DNA of 64,000 nucleotides from Deltaproteobacteria bacterium YD0425bin50 (GTDB lineage Bacteria; Desulfobacterota; Desulfobacteria; Desulfobacterales; YD0425bin50): NCBI GenBank assembly GCA_002753105.1, contig PDZT01000003.1, positions 1,059 to 65,058 of the forward strand, read 5' to 3'. Shown piece by piece: positions 58,134 to 64,000 of this stretch (position 1 is its first letter; each line of letters starts with the position of its first letter). The notes under the pieces were generated by a model. It saw only the letters and a program-made list of their open reading frames with translations, ran no database searches and was not told where the DNA came from. The position numbers and the translations under genes were made by a program.

Positions 58134-60272
58134 ATGCTTGATATGAAAACAGCGATGTTCAGTTATTTTATAACGAATGTCGCAATTACACTCATTATAA
58201 TGCCGATGTGGTGGCAAAATCGCAACCAAATTAATGGACTAACTTTAATGTTCATTAATTTCGCTATTCAGCCGGTTGGAATTTTGTTGATATTACTTCG
58301 TGATATCATACCCAATTTTTGGTCTATGACGGTCAGCAATACGTTGATCATTTCTGGATTACTTTTTTTTTATATGGGACTTGAATGCTTTGTCAAAAAA
58401 CAGACCTCTCAGTTTCATAATTATCTTTTCATGATTCTTTTTTTGGGTCTCATGACTTATTTTACGATCAACCAACCGAATTTATCTATCCGAAACATCC
58501 TTATTTCAATTGCTGTCATATTTCTTAGTATTCAATGCAGCTATCTGATGCTGTATCGTGTAGATGTGATGTTGAAACCTGTAACCCAAAATATGGGCAT
58601 TGTTTTCCTTTTTTTTGTGTTTCTCTCTCTGTTCAGAATTACCACATTATTTAAACCACACTTCTTAATCGACTATCATTTTTTTAACTCACCACTCTTG
58701 CAGGTATTATTTGTATTTGCCTATCAACTGCTTAATTTTGCGTTACTTTTTAAAGTTATTTTGATGATCAACCGCCGTTTGTTTTTAGAGATAGCTGAAC
58801 AAAAAAATACGCTGCGAGTAATTTTAGATACGCCGTATGATGCTATTCTACTATTAGATAAAAATTATACTATTATTGACTGCAATAAGGAGACGGGGCG
58901 ACGTTTTAATACCACACGGGAAAATATAATAGGTAAGAATTCCACGGATGTTCTGCCTCATCATGTATATCAGACGAGAAAAAAATTTTTTGATGAAGTG
59001 TTTAAGTCAGGCCAATTTTGTCAATTTGAAGATATTAGAGATGGAAGATGGATTGATCAACATGTTTACCCTGTGTTTAATAAATACGGAGTTGTTACAA
59101 AAATAGTAGTTATAGGGAGAGATATTACTGACCTTAAGAATGCAGAGAATGCATTAAAACAAAGTGAAAAAAAATACAGGCAGCTTGTAGAACACCTAAA
59201 TGAAGGCGTCTGGATGATTGATAAAGATGCTTATACCATATATGCTAATTCCCGCATTGCAGAAATACTTGGTTATACTGTCGAAGAAATGCAAGGAAAA
59301 CATTTATTTTCATTTATGGATGAAAAAGGCATAGAAATAGCCAAAATGAATATCGAACGCCGCCAACAAGGAATCACAGAACAACATGATTTTGAATTTC
59401 GCCGTAAGGATGGAAGCCTGATATATACAACATTAGAAACCTCTCCTATTATAGATGATAACGGAAATTATTGTGGAGCACTTGCGGCAGTAATGGATAT
59501 TACTGAGCGCAAAAAAATGGAAAAAGAACTGCTAAAACATCAGATTCAATTAATGCAATCGTCTAAAATGGCTTCTTTAGGAGAGATTGCAACAGGTCTT
59601 GCTCATGAAATTAATCAGCCGTTAACGTATATCAGCGGTTTTATTCAAAGTCTTGACAGAGACATAAAAAAGAATTGTTTAAATATCGACATCGTAAAAG
59701 ATAAGCTTAAAAACAGCTATCATCAAGTCAACCGCATTGTTGACATTATTCAGCATTTGCGAACTTTTGGAAGAAGTGATTTTGGATCAGTGCATCATGT
59801 TAATATCGAGACCGTGTTAAATAATACGTTATTACTCATGAAAGAGCGAATACGGTTAAGTAATATCAATTTAATCCTTAATATTGAGGCGCAACTGCAA
59901 ACCCTATTAGGTAATGCCACTCGATTAGAGCAGGTATTTATTAATCTATTCCAGAATTCTATAGAAGCAATACGAAAAGGTAATCGTACTGCTGAAATCA
60001 GAGTCGATATTTACACATCTCAAGATGATCAAGCGGTTATCATCACTTTTGCGGATAATGGCATAGGCATAGAGAAATCCAATTTAGAAAAAATATTTGA
60101 GCCGTTTTTTACAACAAAAGAAGTTGGAAAAGGCACAGGGCTAGGCCTTTCCATTGTATATGGCATTATCAAAGAACATCATGGCAGTATTACGTGCCAT
60201 TCAAAAATAAATGAAGGAACTACATTTAGGATTACGCTGCCGATTATGGAAAAGACTAGGGAAACCGTATAA
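58134..60272 (+). CDS. Multi-TM PAS-PAS histidine kinase
   Basis: About seven TM helices; two PAS/PAC (RDIT, MDITERK); AHEINQP; DNGIG; GTGLG. Confidence 0.93.
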   Translation: MLDMKTAMFSYFITNVAITLIIMPMWWQNRNQINGLTLMFINFAIQPVGILLILLRDIIPNFWSMTVSNTLIISGLLFFYMGLECFVKKQTSQFHNYLFMILFLGLMTYFTINQPNLSIRNILISIAVIFLSIQCSYLMLYRVDVMLKPVTQNMGIVFLFFVFLSLFRITTLFKPHFLIDYHFFNSPLLQVLFVFAYQLLNFALLFKVILMINRRLFLEIAEQKNTLRVILDTPYDAILLLDKNYTIIDCNKETGRRFNTTRENIIGKNSTDVLPHHVYQTRKKFFDEVFKSGQFCQFEDIRDGRWIDQHVYPVFNKYGVVTKIVVIGRDITDLKNAENALKQSEKKYRQLVEHLNEGVWMIDKDAYTIYANSRIAEILGYTVEEMQGKHLFSFMDEKGIEIAKMNIERRQQGITEQHDFEFRRKDGSLIYTTLETSPIIDDNGNYCGALAAVMDITERKKMEKELLKHQIQLMQSSKMASLGEIATGLAHEINQPLTYISGFIQSLDRDIKKNCLNIDIVKDKLKNSYHQVNRIVDIIQHLRTFGRSDFGSVHHVNIETVLNNTLLLMKERIRLSNINLILNIEAQLQTLLGNATRLEQVFINLFQNSIEAIRKGNRTAEIRVDIYTSQDDQAVIITFADNGIGIEKSNLEKIFEPFFTTKEVGKGTGLGLSIVYGIIKEHHGSITCHSKINEGTTFRITLPIMEKTRETV

Positions 60273-60349
60273 CGGTTTTCAACCTGTTCCTACAATTATA
60301 TAGATGCAAATTTACCGTTTCGTGTACTATAGACTTTCAGATAAATAAT

Positions 60350-61013
60350 GGGTGCATTCCCAAAATATGACAACAAATAAATAATGAAAAATGGTACCGC
60401 TTTTCTTTCATTTAATATAACAAAACCCCGAAGGGGTTAGACATACCAGCCAGGGCAACGCCCTGGGTAATGGATACAAACAGTTTTTAGCCCTGAAAAT
60501 TATGCAAAATTGCCTGTGTGACAGTCAATTTTGACACAATTTGTTGTTGTGCAAAATGTCAATCAATTCTATATGCTGTATGTGCGCCATTTTGCACAAC
60601 TATGAAGGGCGTGATATAATTGAAAGTCAATACCTTTCATCATATTCAATCCCATATTTTATTTTAAGAGTAAAATTTTTAGCTATTTCTTTAAATTAAA
60701 CGGGCCTTGATCATCGTTTCGGCCACAATGTAGGGGCGATGCTTGTCATCGCCCTTTTGGAGGGCGAACACAAGGTTCGCCCCTACAATTCTGTCACGGC
60801 ACGAATAATGTCTGCCGAAACGATGATCAAGGCCTAATCCTCTATTTTTTATATGTCACGCCCTTTCAGGGCTAAAAACTGTTTGTATCCATTACCCAGG
60901 GCGTTGCCCTAGGCTGATATGTCTAACCCCTTCGGGGTTTTGTTATATTAAATGAAAGAAAATCGGTACCATTTTTCATTATTTATTTGTTGTCATATTT
61001 TGGGAATGCACCC
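60350..61013. mobile_element. Non-autonomous composite element bounded by ~150-bp inverted repeats
   Basis: 60350-60498 is a near-perfect reverse complement of 60864-61013 (GGGTGCATTCCC...GGGAATGCACCC); no transposase ORF inside. Confidence 0.75.
60703..60834. repeat. Family B element carrying a GTAG REP doublet
   Basis: GGCCTTGATCATCGTTTCGGC...GCCGAAACGATGATCAAGGCC enclosing GTAGGGGCGA...TCGCCCCTAC (60730-60786). Confidence 0.85.
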
Positions 61014-61093
61014 GTTCGATCGTGGAACGCAGATAGGGGACGATCCATCGTCCCGAATTGACGTAGAAAGCGTTATAGGTTCTGGACGAAATT

Positions 61094-61144
61094 GGACGCT
61101 GGAGCGTCCAAGGGTGTGTTCCCACGCTGGAGCGTGGGAACGAT
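61094..61144. repeat. REP-like hairpin pair (CCCACGCTGGAGCGTGGG type)
   Basis: GGACGCTGGAGCGTCC and GTTCCCACGCTGGAGCGTGGGAAC. Confidence 0.75.
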
Positions 61145-61193
61145 GAATCACAAAGTAAATTCCCGTAGGCGGTAAACACATAAACACAACAAG

Positions 61194-62777
61194 TTACAGA
61201 AAGCTCTCTATCTTTTGTATAAATTCATTAATATTCATCGGTTTAGACACGTAATCATCAAAACCTTCATCCAACAGTTTTTTTTTATCTTGATCGTGTG
61301 CAAATGCAGTTATTGCAATTATAGGGATGTTTTTCTTTTGTTTAATGCGTTTCATCACTTCAGTTCCGCTAATCCCGGGAAGTTCTATATCCATCAAAAT
61401 CAGGTCAAAGTCATTTTTAAGGACGATATCAACAGCATCGTTTCCATTCATGACAGATTCATAGTCGAACTTATCCTTCAATAACTCCTCTATTAAAAAA
61501 AGATTAAATGGATTGTCTTCAACCACAAGCACGCGTTTTTGGGTTTCTTTAGATACCTCTTTATTGTCGGTTTCTGGTAATTTTTCAATTTGTTTCTGAC
61601 CATATACGCCTACTGGAATATCCACTATAAAACGACTACCAACACCGAGTTGACTCTCAATCGATATACTACCTTCATGGAGTTCAACTATCTTTTTGGA
61701 AATAGACAATCCCAACCCAATACCTTCAGGTTTTGAATCGTATATATCATAAACACCTTGTTCAAAGGGTTTAAAAATAATTCCTAAATTTTTAGAGGGT
61801 ATTCCACAACCCTCATCCCATATCACGAATCGAACATTATTCGCATTGCAATTGACATCAATTCCTATGCTTTTGCCTTTATCTGTAAATTTAATTGCAT
61901 TGGTTAGCAGATTGATGATTACCTGCTTAATCCGACGGACATCACCAAGGATGGTTTCATTACCTATTTCTATTTTTGTTTGGAATGTTAAACCCTTTTC
62001 CTGAACTTTCTCCATTATTATTGAGAAGCAATCCATCAGCATTAAGTCAACATGAAATGGTTCTTTATCTAATTCAAGTTTTCCAATATCGATACTTGAA
62101 ATTTCTAGCAGATCATTAATTATTTCATGCAAATTCTTGCCGCCTTTACTAATGATTTGAATATATCGGAGTTGTTTTTCGTTTAGATTGGGATCCATTT
62201 TTAAAATTTCTGTAAATCCTAAAATTGCATGCAACGGTGTTCTTAATTCATGACTAATATTGGTGAGGAAAATAGACTTTGCTTTATTGGCAGCATCTGC
62301 CAGATCTTTTGCCGCTCGAAGTTCTTCTGTTGTTTTATGTAAAGCTTCCGTTCGCTTCTGAACTTTCTCCTCAAGATTTTTACTGTATTGTTCCAGTTCA
62401 AACGTTGTAATTTTTAATGCAATTATATTTCTAACCATGCCGATAAATTCATAAAAATTAAACGGTTTTCTCATAAACGCATTGATACCATGCTTAAAAC
62501 AAGCTTCTATGTCATCATCAGAGCCATGACCTGTTAAAAGAATAACACCAGCATCAAATGGATTTAATGCTATGCTCTCTAAAAACTCTAAGCCATTCAT
62601 CTTGGGCATTTTTAGGTCTAAAATAACTAAAATTGGTTTATATAATGAATATAACAGCAAGCCTTCTTCGCCATTATTGGCTGAAATAATCTCATAATCC
62701 TCATATTTTAGAGCTTCTTTAATCGTATCAATGACTATTGATTCATCATCAACAACAAGAATTTTATGCTTTGACAT
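61194..62777 (-). CDS. Hybrid REC-HisKA-HATPase-REC kinase
   Basis: MSKHKILVVDDE; SHELRTP; NAIKFT; GIGLG; C-terminal REC. Confidence 0.93.
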   Translation of the reverse strand: MSKHKILVVDDESIVIDTIKEALKYEDYEIISANNGEEGLLLYSLYKPILVILDLKMPKMNGLEFLESIALNPFDAGVILLTGHGSDDDIEACFKHGINAFMRKPFNFYEFIGMVRNIIALKITTFELEQYSKNLEEKVQKRTEALHKTTEELRAAKDLADAANKAKSIFLTNISHELRTPLHAILGFTEILKMDPNLNEKQLRYIQIISKGGKNLHEIINDLLEISSIDIGKLELDKEPFHVDLMLMDCFSIIMEKVQEKGLTFQTKIEIGNETILGDVRRIKQVIINLLTNAIKFTDKGKSIGIDVNCNANNVRFVIWDEGCGIPSKNLGIIFKPFEQGVYDIYDSKPEGIGLGLSISKKIVELHEGSISIESQLGVGSRFIVDIPVGVYGQKQIEKLPETDNKEVSKETQKRVLVVEDNPFNLFLIEELLKDKFDYESVMNGNDAVDIVLKNDFDLILMDIELPGISGTEVMKRIKQKKNIPIIAITAFAHDQDKKKLLDEGFDDYVSKPMNINEFIQKIESFL

Positions 62778-64000
62778 CGGTGTTCTCCATAATTGGTAGT
62801 GTAATAGTAAATGTAGTTCCTCGATTTTTTTCTGAATGACACGTAATCGTGCCCTGATGTTCTTTGATAATGCCATATACAATGGAAAGGCCTAAACCTG
62901 TGCCTTTTCCAACTTCTTTTGTTGTAAAAAACGGCTCAAATATTTTCTCCAAATGGGATGGTTCTATGCCTGTGCCATTATCTGCAAAACTGGTTATCAC
63001 CGCTTTATCATCTTGAGATGCGGAAATATCGACTCTAATTTCAGCAGAACTGTTCTCTTTGCTCATTGCTTCTATAGAATTCTGGAATAGATTAATAAAT
63101 ACCTGCTCTAGTCTATTGGCATTACCTAATATAGTTGGCAGTTGAGACTCTGTATTCATGATTAAATTAATATTGTTTAACCGTATTCGCTCTTTCATAA
63201 GTAATAAGGTATTATGTAACATGGTTGCAATATTGATATGTTGAACTGATTGAGAGTCGTTTCTTCCAAAAGTTCGCAAATGCTGAATAATTTCAACAAT
63301 TCGGTTGACCTGATGATAGCTGTTTTTAATCTTATCTTTTACTTTGTCGATACTGAAACGATTCATTTTTATATCTCTGTCGAGGCTTTGAATAAAACCG
63401 CTGATATATGTTAACGGCTGATTTATTTCATGAGCAAGACCTGTTGCAATTTCTCCTAAAGAAGCCATTTTTGACGATTGCATTAATTGAGCCTGTTTTT
63501 CTTGAAGTTGTTCTTCTAATTTTTTCCGTTCAGTGATATCTCTTGCAATACCGCCAATTCTAACCACGTGTTGATGGTCATCATGAATGACATATTTTCT
63601 GTCTTCTATCCATCTGATTTCGCCAGTATTACGAATGATACGATATTCTTGAAAAATTTTTTCTTTTTCGAGTAGTTTGCTTGAAATTTGTTCTATTTGA
63701 TCACGGTCATCAGGATGAATGCTATTTAGCCATAACATCGGATTCTGTTTGAATTCTGAAAGCGGTATCCCATAAACCTTTTCTACATTAGGACTCATAT
63801 AATAATATTCGCTTCCATCTGTCTTTGCTGACCAGACAACATCCTCAATTGTTGACAGTAATTCCTTAAACTGTTCTTCAAACTTTCGCCGTTCTATAAT
63901 TTCTTTTTTTAATTCAGATGAATACCCTTCAATGAGTTGATACGAATTGAAAAAACGAACAGCCAAAATTAACGCATAAGAAAATATAAATGCCATTAAC
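62764..64000 (-). CDS. PAS histidine kinase (5' end outside window)
   Basis: PAS (IHPDDR...RDITERK); AHEINQP; DNGTG; GTGLG. Confidence 0.92.
   Translation of the reverse strand, partial: LMAFIFSYALILAVRFFNSYQLIEGYSSELKKEIIERRKFEEQFKELLSTIEDVVWSAKTDGSEYYYMSPNVEKVYGIPLSEFKQNPMLWLNSIHPDDRDQIEQISSKLLEKEKIFQEYRIIRNTGEIRWIEDRKYVIHDDHQHVVRIGGIARDITERKKLEEQLQEKQAQLMQSSKMASLGEIATGLAHEINQPLTYISGFIQSLDRDIKMNRFSIDKVKDKIKNSYHQVNRIVEIIQHLRTFGRNDSQSVQHINIATMLHNTLLLMKERIRLNNINLIMNTESQLPTILGNANRLEQVFINLFQNSIEAMSKENSSAEIRVDISASQDDKAVITSFADNGTGIEPSHLEKIFEPFFTTKEVGKGTGLGLSIVYGIIKEHQGTITCHSEKNRGTTFTITLPIMENTDVKA

Noticed and set aside
60952-61187. Three short ORFs as a possible transposase remnant
   Set aside because: They lie across palindromic repeats and show no DDE or HUH motifs

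Overview
AT-rich bacterial window. Gene content (hcp cluster, SulP plus two-component cluster, porin) suggests a Desulfobacterota-like anaerobe (inference). Most of it is housekeeping and signalling: partial recC, Hpt, cNMP-binding protein, hcp, cbpA, TetR/SulP/two-component operon, sirC-like gene, MoxR/DUF58, porin, acyl-CoA ligase, orphan DNA methyltransferase, menB and paralogous histidine kinases. Two accessory loci stand out. (1) 20.3-29.2 kb: a type III CRISPR-derived module with no array or cas1/cas2 in the window. It encodes a 1075-aa triple-Cas7 (RAMP) fusion, a 292-aa Zn-finger protein that looks like a minimal Cas10 without GGDD, a Cas6, and a catalytically degenerate Ski2/HelY-like helicase, with a ligase-less Pnkp transcribed divergently. 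(2) 41.3-50.8 kb: a cassette of two CesT-type type III secretion chaperones and three putative effectors sharing a ~100-aa N-terminal domain. Their C-termini differ: a eukaryote-type RGS domain, an R-S-E ADP-ribosyltransferase, and a DUF3626-like plus HD-like pair. Also present are a membrane-anchored protein built of ~18 tandem 27-aa repeats and several families of REP/MITE-like palindromes, including a nested stack at 60.3-61.1 kb. All family assignments come from motif recognition by eye; no searches were run.
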